In this document: positions 10,101 to 23,108 of the stretch, piece after piece
How positions within the stretch are numbered: position 1 is the first letter of the stretch
Layout: every line of letters starts with the position of its first letter
From: Diadema antillarum
Taxonomy: Eukaryota
Length of the DNA stretch: 64,000 nt
Reading direction: 5' to 3'
Assembly (NCBI RefSeq): GCF_040938485.1
Contig: NW_027271539.1
Location: 372,001 to 436,000 of the forward strand
Translations under genes and position numbers: made by a program
Notes under the pieces: model-generated
What the model saw: the letters and a program-made list of their open reading frames with translations, nothing else
What the model was told of the DNA's origin: nothing
Database searches by the model: none

Positions 10101-12541
10101 AAAGAAATCACAAATAGACTTCTAGTGGATCAGACGGATAGAAGACTTACACTCTGAATTATTGAATATCAATAATCAATTTGGTATTTTACGGGCATCT
10201 TTTAAGTTGCCATAGCAGCAAATGTAAGCGTTTACACATTTCTAAAAAAAAAAAAAACAGAAAAAGAAAAAAAGATACTTTCCACGAGTCTGCAGAGCAA
10301 TATCGTCCATTGTTGTTTTTACCCTAAATACGCCTTTCATTGTAAAAGACTTTATATCAGTATTAAAATTTGTGAAAAGAATCTCATATTATTTTTTCAG
10401 TGACTGTACTGGTAGTTAATTGGTACATGTAGTTAATGGCTACGCAACGACGAATGCTTCATTGCGTCAACTGCCAAATAGACGCCATGAGAGGGGACGC
10501 CCCGTCCTTTTGAAGATGCTGCGAAGCATTATTTCACAACTTCTTAAAGGACTGCCATATGTCTGCTGCGTCCAATCACAGTTTTCCGTTCAAGATAAAT
10601 TTCTCATCCGTGGAGATTTCTCGTTTAAAATCAGTGATGAAACGTCTTCTCGAGAAGGAAACTAACTGAGAAGGAATTATGTTTTGTTCTGAGAAAATGA
10701 AATAAATTGAAATTGAATTTGTTCTCACGCTTACAGTATTACTTGAAGCCAGACATCATTAACTTTCCAGTCGCTGTCAGATCATTTCTGTTTGTTTTGT
10801 CTCCTTTTTATCATGTCTCCCTTTCAAAGTGACATCATGACTAATAGTTGTGTGAAAATGCAGAAGCTGCAGGATTATTTGCATCTTATCTTACTTTGTA
10901 TACACTCGAAACAAATATGATTTGTCATACCAGGATTTTAACACTGTAAATCATGATTACGACTGAATCTTGCAGAGTTACATTTTTCAAACGTTTGTCA
11001 TAGCTTTTGTTTTTTTTTGAAATGGCTGAGCTTACTGGAAGTAAATGCAACGTTTGAGATTACCAGGTCTAAAATAATGTGGCTGCAACAAACGAGAGCA
11101 CTTCGACGCTAGCCGCTTCATAGACGTAGGTCTGAGGTGTAGAGAAGTGTCGTATGTCACCGCGCCAGACCTGTAAACAAATTGGTGTCCACAGACTAAG
11201 TATTCTTAAATCCTGTCAAGCACCTAGACCACTTTACCGTGCTGCCTCAAGGAAGGCTTGATCGATGGAGTATCAACCAGGTTTGAGTGTCGCATCAATT
11301 CGGCCATTTTGTCACAGCTAGTTGAAAAGACCTGGGAGGAGTGCGACACCGAGATAACATCATGCTTTTAGGCCCTGTTCACTTCAACTCGTGTAATCAG
11401 TGTAGATGACGAGTTCAAATAGGTTAGCTTACCTCACGCTCTATTTCTTACATATCTTCACCTTGAGCACTAGTCATCTTGCTACGATCTTCCTACTCAC
11501 ACTACAAGAAAATAATGTGCCAAATGTTGGAGACGAAGGAACATAGAGAAACGGAAGGCGATAAAAGCACAATCCACTTTGTGACAGCGATCCCCCGCGC
11601 TCTAGAAATCAGGATGATGGACGTATGGGATAACTGGAGAGCAAAAACCTCTCCATTTACTAAAATCGTTATTTGTATTTTTAGGCACAGCTGGTCACAT
11701 GACATGGCGTCACGGTGATGGCCCCTAGGTACTCTGGTAATCTCATCTCACCACTTAAAGGTGATACCTACGCCACCGGCGATCGTCCTATGCTATCGAT
11801 ATTCAGTGTTGCTGTTGTTGCTCTTGCTTTTGTTGCTATCACTGTTGGTGCTGCTTCTGCTGTTGTCGATTTTGTTTCATGTGCTTCTTGCAAAGGTAGG
11901 TCAGTGTCATATCAGGACCCCTCATCTCTGGCTGAAAATCTACCCCAAGCCCGGCACCGTGGCTGATGACTGGGAGAGGGCATCCGTCATTAGAGGTGCG
12001 ATAGATGATTTGCCGCCATTTTCAGAGGACAGGCAGACGATCAACGCGTACGCTCCCACTTCGGGACCTATTAATATAACTTTATTGACCGTGGGTTTAC
12101 CTGCTCACTAACAATCGAGCCATCTGAGCTGACTATCGACCACAGTCAAATTGACACGGCTTCCCCTTAGAGGTATGGATCGAGGGTTTGTCCTCTCTCG
12201 CTCTGCCATGAATACATAATTTCATGTCAAGAACGAGCTATTGATTAAAAAGCCCACAGCTCTGTTACCCCTTACGGAAATCTGGTCTCTAGCAACCCCT
12301 CCCCTGTTATCTAGTCTCCTTGTTCTGGATAGAGAATAAGGCGAAGTGGATTCGAGCAATATTGAAACCAAAGCAGGATGTAAACATCCGTTTCCCCACG
12401 AGCATTCTTACTTTTTTTTTATTTACTTTACATGACACTCTATTGTCACTTACACTATCTTGACCCTAGATACCCATGCTAGAAGAAGCGTTGATTGACA
12501 GTTACGACATATGAGTGTGCGTATTTGTGTGTTTGGATTTG

Positions 12542-12542
<1 letters not shown>

Positions 12543-12588
<46 letters not shown>
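12543..12588. repeat. (TG)n microsatellite
   Basis: Direct reading. Confidence 0.98.
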
Positions 12589-12590
<2 letters not shown>

Positions 12591-15500
12591 GGTGTGTGTG
12601 TAGATACGTGTTTGTTCATACATTGTTTACCAGTTTAGATGATACAGGCAAATCTATATATTCAATCATCAGTCAGCTAACAGTAAATGACTTGCAGTGT
12701 GTTATATTTGCCATTTACAATGTAAATCTGGGGAAATAGCTTGAGCTTAAGGTTGTTGTTTTTTTTTCAAAAAAGATCAAACGGCATTGTTTGTTTGTTT
12801 TTTTTAAAGCAAGAGTTGTGAGATTAAGGCAGAAAGTAGGTTTAGGCAAATAGTTCGGTATGTTGTAATCGTGACTGGACATAACACACACCTGTGATAC
12901 AAGAATCCTTAGTAGAATAGGTTCTAACTTACTTTAACAGGTGTGCTAGCTTTGGTGTTTAATATCTCAATATGCGATTTACAAGATGGACAAACCAGCA
13001 GGTCGCAAGTACAGACTATGATCAATTCTTCCATTTTATTTCATTTCTGAAAATGGTCACGTGCTTTGAATGAACAGTATGAGAGACTACACAAAAGATT
13101 GGAATAGTACCAAATTTTAAGGTCTGTTAAGTCGTGATCTATCAATCATTTTGTAAACACCAATGGCCACCAATAACATGTCCAATCGGCTCTGGTATAG
13201 GCTCCTCCCACAGTCAACCAAGCAGGGAACAGGTGTATAAGTCTATATGGCCATTTGTTCACGTGTGGTTGGTATAATGAAAATCATTGTAATGATAATG
13301 AAAACGATGCGAACTATTCTACCACTACTGCTACATCTACTACTGAATCTAATGACAATAATGATAAAGTGATGAAGATAACGACATTATTAACACAGAT
13401 ACTAACAACAGTAATTATAATCATAGTGATGACGATAATGAATAGAGTTGTAATAATAATGATAAAGGACCTCTAGCTCATGACTTATATATGCAGACAG
13501 ACACGATAAACTTAACAGTTTCCTGAAACAAGATAGAAAACATTATTTGAAATAAATTGGGCTGCCAGTAGATTCACTGAGTAATGACTTGAGTGACAAG
13601 TGGTGTATCATTGTGTGTCTGCTCTGAAAAATGTCGTTGACTTTTTGTTTCCCGACTCCGTTATTCTAGTAGCTTCTATTTCGATCACTTCTTATGAAAA
13701 GGCAAAAAAAAAAAATCACACACACATTGAATTGGTTATTATTACCATTGGTATCATCGTTATGAATGTTATCATATCCATTCTGTCGACATTTTCATAA
13801 ATGACACACAAAATGTTTACAACCACAACCAATCCGTAATTTCACATACTACATTCTTGGCTGCACTGGTGGAAAAGATATAGCTTAACAGAACTTAACA
13901 GAAGTATACGATCTACAACCTTCCCGTTCCCTCCCAGACCGATGAGTATGAATTCATATTCATAGCGATATGATGTATGATTTACAAATTGAAATCCCCC
14001 ACAATTTTCATTAAACGAAGAGGAGAGACTATGCAATGACGATTGTAGTCCACAGTGGCAATCGGTCATTCTAATGTGCACAGCCTTCTTTTAAAAAATG
14101 CCTTTTTTATTCCGAGCCAGATTTACCATTGTTTACGAATGCTTTTCTTCACGTATGTCATTAACTTGAATATATATTTTCTACTCGTTAATGTTCAACA
14201 AATCAACAACATTCCAAACTTGGTGATATGAGGACGCTCTGTTTCAAACAGACAAATATGAAAGGAGTCAGATGACTTCAGATTTGTCACATTTCCATCT
14301 TTTTCCCATCGTCCATCAAACCTTCCATGGGAAAGTTAACAAACAGCAATTCTCTCGAAAACTTAGAATATAAACAGCTCAAGGTTTCCATGGTTTCACC
14401 TCACACTGACTTGAACCTGAATAGACTTCAGATGTAGTCATGCATTTCACGCATATTACGTTCTACTACAGGGTAATAAAACACTTTTTGTAATATAAAA
14501 GAAATATGAAACGAATGTCAAAGCATTATGGCCTAGTACATATCTAGCTCATAAAATGTCAAGTACATCCACATTGGTTGGCAACCAGGAATTTAGCGTT
14601 TAATAAAAAAAAATTCTTACCCTCTCCTCACGTTAATGATGCTTATCTTCACCGCATTGCCTTCTCACGCTCTGGCAATATTTTTTATGACTCCTTCATC
14701 ATTCCATGCACTCGAACAGGCTGGATAAACTCAGCAGGCTACCCAGGCATTTCCACTTTAATTGCGATCTTAGCGCGATGAATTCCGAGAGGGCCACTAA
14801 TCGGGTAGTTCATGTGTCAACGGCTTATTTTGTCTGCGCGCCCACGAGCTTATCAGCGGCACGCTGCTCTCGACTTCGCTCGACCGTGTGCGACTGACTG
14901 CTCTGAGAAGCGATGCCTCGTCAAAATGTGGCGCGTGTTGGAGGATGAAAGAACTGGCGCAAGTGCTTAGCCAAGTCGTTTTACTCGGCTGGTCCCGCTG
15001 ATAACTTGCTGCCGTTAGGCGCGAAAATCTGGGTCGCAAAGCCGTACTTCGTTCTCCCGGGGTGATCTGTTACCATTGCTTTACCCGAGTCGAGGCTTGT
15101 TGATCGCCATGCAATCAGCATTGATCTAAATGGACAGATCATCTCTTGGAATGAGGGTTATCAATCTTAATTCCTCGTCTTCGGTTCGACAAAACAGGCT
15201 GAAAAGAAGCTTTGCTTCAATTATCGAAATAGCTCACTCAACAAATAGTAATGACCACTTACATGTTGCAGTCCGCAGATGACAACGTTCGGTTAATGAA
15301 TATAATTGCAAACTTTGCTGATTTAAATCCTTTGTTTGCTGGAAACAGGTTTGTCATATCTATATCAAAACTATGCGGAAGCATCTTATCCTTGGAGCTA
15401 ACGGGCTAATTCTAATGGAGTGTAAACCTAACGCCTCTTAACTTAACATCACACGAAACCATCGATCATAATTACAACTTCGGCAACATTTCATGGTATA

Positions 15501-16740
15501 TAATATTATTGCGTTGTTTGTTGGTGATCACAAACTTTTTTCCACTTTAGGCCTATTGTTTCTGTTCAAAGACTGAAATGATTACAGAGGTTTTTTGTGC
15601 AAATTCTCGTGTTTCTTCTGTACTTTTTCTTTATGTCGCATTTATGAATCGCATAGAAACATAAATATGTTTAGACTAAGACATTTTAGACTAAGATATA
15701 CATTAAACTAGCCTGCATTCACACATGCATGTGCACACATTTTGTACACAAACGCAAAGACACACAAACACAGACAGTATTTTCTTGACTTTTTTCTTCA
15801 AAATGATACTTGGACTTCTTGCGGCCATTTCGAATATATTGTTTCCCTTTCGCTGTGGCCACACGCCAAATGCCATTAAGGAGACTGATATGCAAGTCTT
15901 CTTTGGATATACTTCCGATAGTACTTCTTATTCTGGTGCAAATCTTCCATGATACACTTTGTACGTTGAAGATTGTAACTTTCGCATATAAAATTAATTG
16001 TCCTCTTCAAGCTTCATGCCCAAGATGTATGTTTCTGTTGTTCATGTGCACGAAATTTTGTTTTCCTTTTTGAGCAGTCGAACGAGGAACAGAGTTTATT
16101 CTTCTAGTCAAGTAATGAGGAAGAAAATGAAACAGAACGAGCAGGTCGTTCATCCTTGTGACTATTAAAGACAGAAATGAACTCTGTTCCGTCTTCTGAC
16201 TTGAAACCACGCACCCCACGCATAAAGACACGTCTCTTTACATTTTCATAAAGATTCAATGAACCAGAGACTCTGATAATCGTATGCACGAAGACTGTGA
16301 AGTAACCCGCCGCGAAATTCGAGGAGAATTTTATTGGTGGTGATTACCTCATTTACGCATCACGTATAGATCTTCGGGCCCAAAACGATAGTTCAAATCT
16401 CGAAGCGAAGATAACGAGCCCCGTTATAGCATCCCATGGCAATATGAGCCCGATTTGTTGGACATCATAACTCAATATATCAACACAACCGAGACAGTCG
16501 AAGGCTAACCAATAAAGTAGCTGCGTGTGCATTTTAATCAATCGATCGTGTCGGTCTAATGAGTCCGTCTTTTCCTTCACCGACACGTGAATGCGGTAAT
16601 AATGAATGAGCGAAACACAGCAAAGAATTACAGTATTCAAATCAAAGTTCTGTCCTACTCTGTGGGCAACATCGAATATCAAATAAGTCCTCAGACAAAG
16701 CAACTCACCTGATAACATTCTCTCTAATGCTCTAACAATA

Positions 16741-17254
16741 GGGGTAATCCCACGAGACCGACACCCACGAGTCATACGGCCAACGAGTCCTACAATGAAT
16801 AAAATGTCCATGAGTCGTACGGCCCCCGTACGTCCCACGAGTTCGACATTGAATAAAGGTTCATGAGTCATACTGCCCACTAATCACTATAAGCGCATGA
16901 GTTCGACACTACAAGCATATAAGGTTCATGAGTCCGATACAATAGGCAAACAAGGCCCACGAGTACGACACTAAGCAAAAAGAAAGGTTGAAGAGTTCAA
17001 CCCTAGGTAAAAAAAAACCTACGAATTCGACGTTATATCACGGGGCTTGCTTAATCAGTGTGCGTCGGTCTCGCTGGCCTTCTTTATCAATAATGTCGGA
17101 CTCGTGGATGTTGTTTGCCTAGTGTCGGGCTCGTGGGCCTTATTTGCTTAGTGTCGAACTCATGGGGTGTATGACTCGTTCGCTGTAAAACTCTTTGGCT
17201 GTATGACTCTTTGGCTGTATGATTTGTGGGTGTCGAACTAGTGACGTGTACCCC
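16741..17254. mobile_element. Foldback-like element with long imperfect TIRs built from CACGAGTC/CGACAC sub-repeats
   Basis: Starts GGGGTAATCCCACGAGACCGACACCCAC; ends GTGGGTGTCGAACTAGTGACGTGTACCCC; sub-repeats switch orientation near 17040-17090; no TSD identified. Confidence 0.7.
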
Positions 17255-18173
17255 TCAAAATGACACAGCGTAATTGCCTCCATATGAAGTGATTTCTTTA
17301 ACACTCTGAAAACTATAAGGCATCACCCTTCTGGGTCAAATTGAATTGGCACATCAAAGAGAAAGACACCTCAAAGAGTTCGAGGTGTCTTCTAACAACA
17401 TTCACTTTATTAGTTCTGATAATGCCTATATCTGACATCATCCATGCAACATGACACACATACAAAGTCATAATGATGCAAATAAGATTATGCAAAATAA
17501 AGATCACAAAGCAGTATATGTATAAATATTATGATAATCATATCAAAATAAAGCTGTTAAATGAAGGTTATAGACAGGATATGATGATCTTAATTAAAAT
17601 AGAGACGTAAATTAGAGATAAAGAAAGCCATGATGACATGACAAAATGAAGATGTTATACTGAGGTTTACATAACTTACGTAACAAAAGAAAAAAGTCTG
17701 GATGTGTTATTAAACAAAATAATGCTGATCATGATGATGAAATTACAGATAAAAAATAAAAGTCACATTCAATGAATAGCTGGACATAATCTATCTTGCT
17801 TGTCTATAAGTGTACGTGCATAACGAAATTGAAAGTCTTGAATGCTTATGTGAAAAATGCTTGCTTAAACATGTTAAAAGTGAAACTGAACGTCCTGCAA
17901 AGTTCTTATCGAGCCCATCTCACTAATATGAGTGTACAAAGTTGGAAATACATGCGTAAACACGAAATTGAGTGCTTACATCCGAACTTAATTTGTGACC
18001 ATAGATTCGGGTGCCTAAAAACGAATTTGAAAGCATGAAATCGCTTGACCCGATTCACTCAGCAGCTTCAAACATGCGAATTTGAATGCACATAAAATGA
18101 AAATGAATGACAAATTTCCGAAATTGGCTAGGAAAACCTTTATTACTTCTGGTATCATTATTGTTATTATGGT

Positions 18174-18224
<51 letters not shown>
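18174..18224. repeat. (TAG)n microsatellite followed by (AAC)n at ~18254-18274
   Basis: Direct reading. Confidence 0.97.
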
Positions 18225-18954
18225 CTGTAATAGTGGTAGTATATAGCACTGATAACAACAACAACAACAACAACTACTGCCACTACAGGTTCCGCCACCC
18301 AGTTGGATAAACATTTCACTCGAATTCGCTAACAAGCACTTTTATGATTCACCTCACTCGCCTTTTACTTTAGTTTAAAGTTGCTATTAAGAAGCCTCAA
18401 GTTTGTCAATGTAAAAGATAATCATTTTCGACATCATCATTCAACTTAATGACAGATTAATTCTATTTCGTGGCACAATACCTCTAGTCAACTTCTCACC
18501 TGTCGCAATTTCAGGTCATGATAACGTCATAGAAACAATTTAGCTCAATTTCGTTTTCAAGAATACACATTCGCATTTCCAGCACTCAACTTCGTACCAC
18601 ATTACCAAGATACGGCTATTTTTTTAATTTCTTTTCTGTTCTAATTCTATTATTTCTTTACATTTTCAGAGATCATTTTAATCATCTACAAAAATTTCAA
18701 CAATCTTACCCTAACTTGATGATCGTGACGTCATCATTTCAAGTCATAGGTTTCAAATTTGTTGAACCAGTAATGTATACTTCATAAATGCATGCTTGTA
18801 AACTTCACAATCATGTAAGATAGGGTGGGAAAGCACAGTATACAGATTGCATCTTGTCGTGTCAGTCATCTGGGCTGGTATGTATGGGACTGGTTGAACC
18901 ATTAGTGGACTGGCAGATCTTGAAGATGTGGTACATGTTTGATCCTTTCCTTAA

Positions 18955-19310
18955 AGGGGATGGCTAGTAACTGATCAGTGGGAATCAGTGGGAATGCTGT
19001 GGGATGATTGTTCCAATCCTTGTGGGATTCATTTAAAAGTACATTATGTATCTATTGTTGTTTGAAAATTATTTGCTTCTGCATGGTCTCATATTCAAGT
19101 AATGTGCATTTTAATGTTTCCAGGTTAGCGTGCCTGGTCAGTGACGGAACATTAATCTGCACATTACTTGAATATAAGACAATTCTGAAGCAAATAATTT
19201 TCACACAACAATAGATATATAATGTACTCTTAAATGAATCCCACATGGATTGGAACAATCATCCCCCAGCATTCCCAATGATTCCCACTGATCAGTTATA
19301 GCCATCCCCT
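18955..19310. mobile_element. Kolobok-like palindromic MITE (TTAA TSD, AG...CT termini)
   Basis: TTAA|AGGGGATGGCT...AGCCATCCCCT|TTAA; the two halves are imperfect reverse complements almost to the centre. Confidence 0.8.
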
Positions 19311-21469
19311 TTAAACGTACATACGTTCGTCAGCTTTACGCCTGAAGGATAGGAGAAGATGATGGAGATCTGTAATGGAATGAAGCTTGAAAGTTGTTGG
19401 TCATTCTCTGGTTGAGGTAAACTTTACTGACGAAAAAAACAACAACAAACAAACAAACATCAAACTCAACACAAAATTACAATTATGTTTTTGAAATGCA
19501 CACGCACAAATTACGTTTACCTTTTTCTACTAAAAAATCTAGCACGTTGAAAAAGCGCCATTCCTCTTATAGAAAGGTCGCCGCTTTTTAATCAATGTGT
19601 TCGAAATTACCGTTGTTTCTTGACGGTTATGACGTAAAATTGTTTGCAACGGCGGCATTGATAGACGAAAACACGACGATTTAATTATGAAACCAAAGGC
19701 AATGCAGACTCGATCATCGCTGAACTTTAAAAGTTGATTACCATACCAGTCGCTCTTGTCATCTGCATCGTTCCTTCGAATCACACAAGTTTTGAAAATA
19801 CGATAATGAAGAGAATTAAATATTTTCATTACCATTTGCTATCCACATTTTGCGCTTTATTTCACTTTCGTCTAATTTGATTTCATTTTGATTATTTCAT
19901 TGATTTCATTTCCATCAAGTCAATTCAATCAAAACAATGTATATATCAAAATAAATTATATATATATAGTTCTATCAATAACATCGTAGTGTTAGATTCA
20001 CATGCCTTTGAAATCGCACAGCGCCAACTAACGTACAGCGACGACAATTCTACTACACTCTCTATATGGAATCACTGATCGTTGTTGATTTTTCCTATAT
20101 ATCAGTGTACGAAATGTGTCTGATCACAACATAATGATTTATCACAGAGGGCGTTTTACATTCTAGTTTATTTTCGGATATTAAAGTCAATAAGAGACCG
20201 AGAAAACAATCATTTGAACTTATTGAAAATATATATGTTACTGCATCATCACTTTTTATTTACGTTTAGTTTTACCGTTCAAGAGCATTTAAATCATTGA
20301 CGGATTCGAATGTTGTTGTAATCATGTCTTTATTGATAAGTAAAAACAAAGGACATGTTGACATATATACCAGGTCCACGGTCCCATTCTGGACACATAT
20401 AGCAGGTAATGACACACTTACAAATACTTACAGTGAACATATAACAATATAGTTATATTTACAACAGATTTGTGAGGTTGACAACAATCACACAAAATTA
20501 ATTCGTCACCGTACATTTCCCCACGCAGTACACATACACTATATTACATTCCTGATTGCTGAAGTGTTTATCAACTGTACTAATTTTATATTTTCTTTAA
20601 TACATATTACACAATTTTGAGTGTTTAAGTGTCAATAACCAATGACTCATTTCGTTATTTTGTCAAGGATGCTCCATCACATTTTCTAACTAATCAAATG
20701 AAATTCGAATAAATCATTATATTTGTCCGGGATACATGCATTTCCAAGTATCCGAGTGCCAATCCAATTTGACTAACTTATACACTTTTTTGGATAAGTG
20801 CCAAATGTCATTCCAGTAAATCATTACATTTATCCCATTAATGTAATAATTCTACATAATTATTACATATTACTAAGTGTCTTTCATACTTACATATTAC
20901 ATTTCTAAGTACATGACGTCCCCCCAATTCTGTTCTTTTCTTGCTTAGAATATGGTGAATGATGAAACTATTGCATATCTATACTAATGTCTTGATAGAA
21001 TGCAGTGGGACTTTGTTTGGATTTATATGTTTTGAGTAGGCCTTTCAATGAGGGAAATGTCACTGGCATAATTCTCGAACCTTTGGATCAACAGAAGGAC
21101 TCAAAATTGCAAGGTACGCGACAAAGTCATCGCTTGTAGAAGAATACTTACTCTTTTCGTGTATGCCGTATACAAGCCAGAAGTATGGTGTTATGTTTTG
21201 CTGGAAAAAAGAATGAATGTAAATGAATTGAATTGAATTGGTTAAAGCACATCACGCCACTGATCACAACATGGCGATCAAGAATCTTTGTTAATGATTA
21301 GAGTGAAATATTAAAATGAAGCTTCATATTATGGCTTAGACGTGTTGCGTTAATCTCTACTGATATAATATATCCGTTTCCACATTCTATAGCTTTATTT
21401 CACAACGAGTACTAGTATCTAATGTATGCATTCAATTCTTTAGCAATCACTAGCCTTTTGTAATTCTAG

Positions 21470-21725
21470 ATAATAATAATGGTAATTATAAGGTCTTCTT
21501 TATCCAGTATAGCCTCTTCAGTTTCAAACGTTGCCACTGCTCTACCAGAGGGCCCTGCCATTATTATTACCCTGGCACGTTGCCAGGTACCCATTTATAC
21601 ACTTGTTCGAGAGGGACAATGTGGGTAAAAACTCCTCGTCCAAGGGCGTAAGCACTGGGCGGGAATCGAATTCGGGTTCTCCGATTGGGAGTCGGGAGTC
21701 TTATCCCCCATACCACAGCGTTCCC
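21470..21725 (-). mobile_element. tRNA-derived SINE with CORE-like central domain and (ATT)n tail
   Basis: Minus strand: GGGAACGCTGTGGTATGGGG (A-box-like), GAATTCGATTCCC (B-box-like), CCTTGGACGAGG...GTGTATAAATGGGTACC, ending TTATTATTAT. Confidence 0.75.
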
Positions 21726-21776
21726 ACTGAATGAATGCGCTCTTTAGCAACCTTTCGACAGCACAGGTTCTGAAAC

Positions 21777-21779
<3 letters not shown>

Positions 21780-21817
<38 letters not shown>

Positions 21818-21905
21818 GGGGGGGGGGGGAGAGAGGGGAGGTATGGAGATACAGACAGATAGACAAATAGACAAACAGAAAGACAGACAAAGACAGACAG
21901 ACGGA
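21780..21905. repeat. (GA)n, poly-G and (GACA)n low-complexity block
   Basis: Direct reading. Confidence 0.9.
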
Positions 21906-22721
21906 GAGACAGAGTAAGAGAGAAAAAAAAGACGATTCTCTCTCTATACAAAACCCTCGCATACGTAATACAATACAACACCATGGATGTTCGTTGGCAT
22001 ACGTTGGCATTTGTTTTATAACATATAGTGTAATAATGGTAATTTATAACCCTATATAGATATCGACTCGGTCACCGTAACCACCCGCCAAATGCCATTA
22101 TGACGACAGGTCGATAATTTCATTAACCCTCCTTTTGAATCCATTTGCGTTCTTCGAAGGGAGATAGATTGTTAGATTTGACCTCAACAATAATAATAAT
22201 TATATTGTGCGCAGGTGCATCGATGCATGGGTGTCTGCTAGAACCTGTGTTTACGCGAGTCTTCTGACAAAACTTATACGAGAACAAAAAATGATTAAAA
22301 AAGAAGATAGAGGAAGAAAGATGAAATGATAAGATCTCTTAGAAAGAAGAAAAGCATCGTAAGGATATAATTCTTATAATGCTCTCCTATCTCTCCTAGA
22401 AATTCGTATGATGCTTTTCCTTCTCTCCCAGAATTTTTTTTTATGATGCTCTTCCTTCTTTCTCAAAGGTTGTAATGATGAATTTTCCATCTTTCCCAGA
22501 GATCTTGTGATTTTTATCTTCTTTCCTACTTGTTTCGCTCCTTATCAATTTCTGTTTTGTTTTGCCCTCTTTGCTGATCATCATTCTTTTTTGTTCTTTT
22601 TTAATTGTAATTTCTGATTATTTTTTTTAAAGCTTAGTTACAGAAATTGTGAAATCAATATCAGTGCCAGTCTCAACTCTGTATTAACGCTTTGATGAAA
22701 GTGGTGTAGGTATATATAGCA

Positions 22722-22978
22722 CATGGCCGGCGGAACGGGTGGGGGGGGGGGGGGGGGGGAGGGGCGCCCCCCCCCCCCCCCTCACTTGTTTGCACCTTAC
22801 AAAGGAATACATAAGGTGTCATCACTTTATTTGGGCCCCCCACTTTTTTTACCCCGGAAGTACGTAAGTGGCACTAAAAAGAAATAGATAGAGATCTTGA
22901 AGGTTATGTTTTTGCGCTGAAGACCCCCCCTTTTTTTTTTGCTTGTCAGCTGAAGAAACCCGGAAGTAGCTCATGAAA

Positions 22979-23009
<31 letters not shown>

Positions 23010-23033
23010 TTTGAAAACGCTCCGCCGGCCCTG
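22722..23033. mobile_element. hAT-like MITE with 5-bp TSD
   Basis: TAGCA|CATGGCCGGCGGAACG...CGCTCCGCCGGCCCTG|TAGCA. Confidence 0.75.
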
Positions 23034-23063
23034 TAGCAATCGTCTTTTGCCGTGCCAAACCTT

Positions 23064-23108
23064 ATTCAATTCAATTCAATTCAATTCAATTCAATTCAAT
23101 TCAATTCA
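23064..23108. repeat. (TTCAA)n pentanucleotide repeat (second copy ~34698-34734)
   Basis: Direct reading. Confidence 0.95.

Noticed and set aside
11715-12111. ORFs resembling signal peptides or transmembrane helices (also 18015-18335 and 1386-1643)
   Set aside because: The hydrophobic runs come from (TTG/CTG)n, (TAG)n and (AT)n simple repeats; no homology or splice support.
20400-20830. Possible degenerate L1/Tx1 LINE 3' fragment on the minus strand (WNDIWHLSKKVYKLVKLDW)
   Set aside because: Only a faint resemblance with many stops; cannot be supported without an HMM search.
21640-21725. tRNA gene (also at 37868-37940)
   Set aside because: A/B boxes are degenerate, there is no convincing cloverleaf, and the heads continue into SINE bodies.
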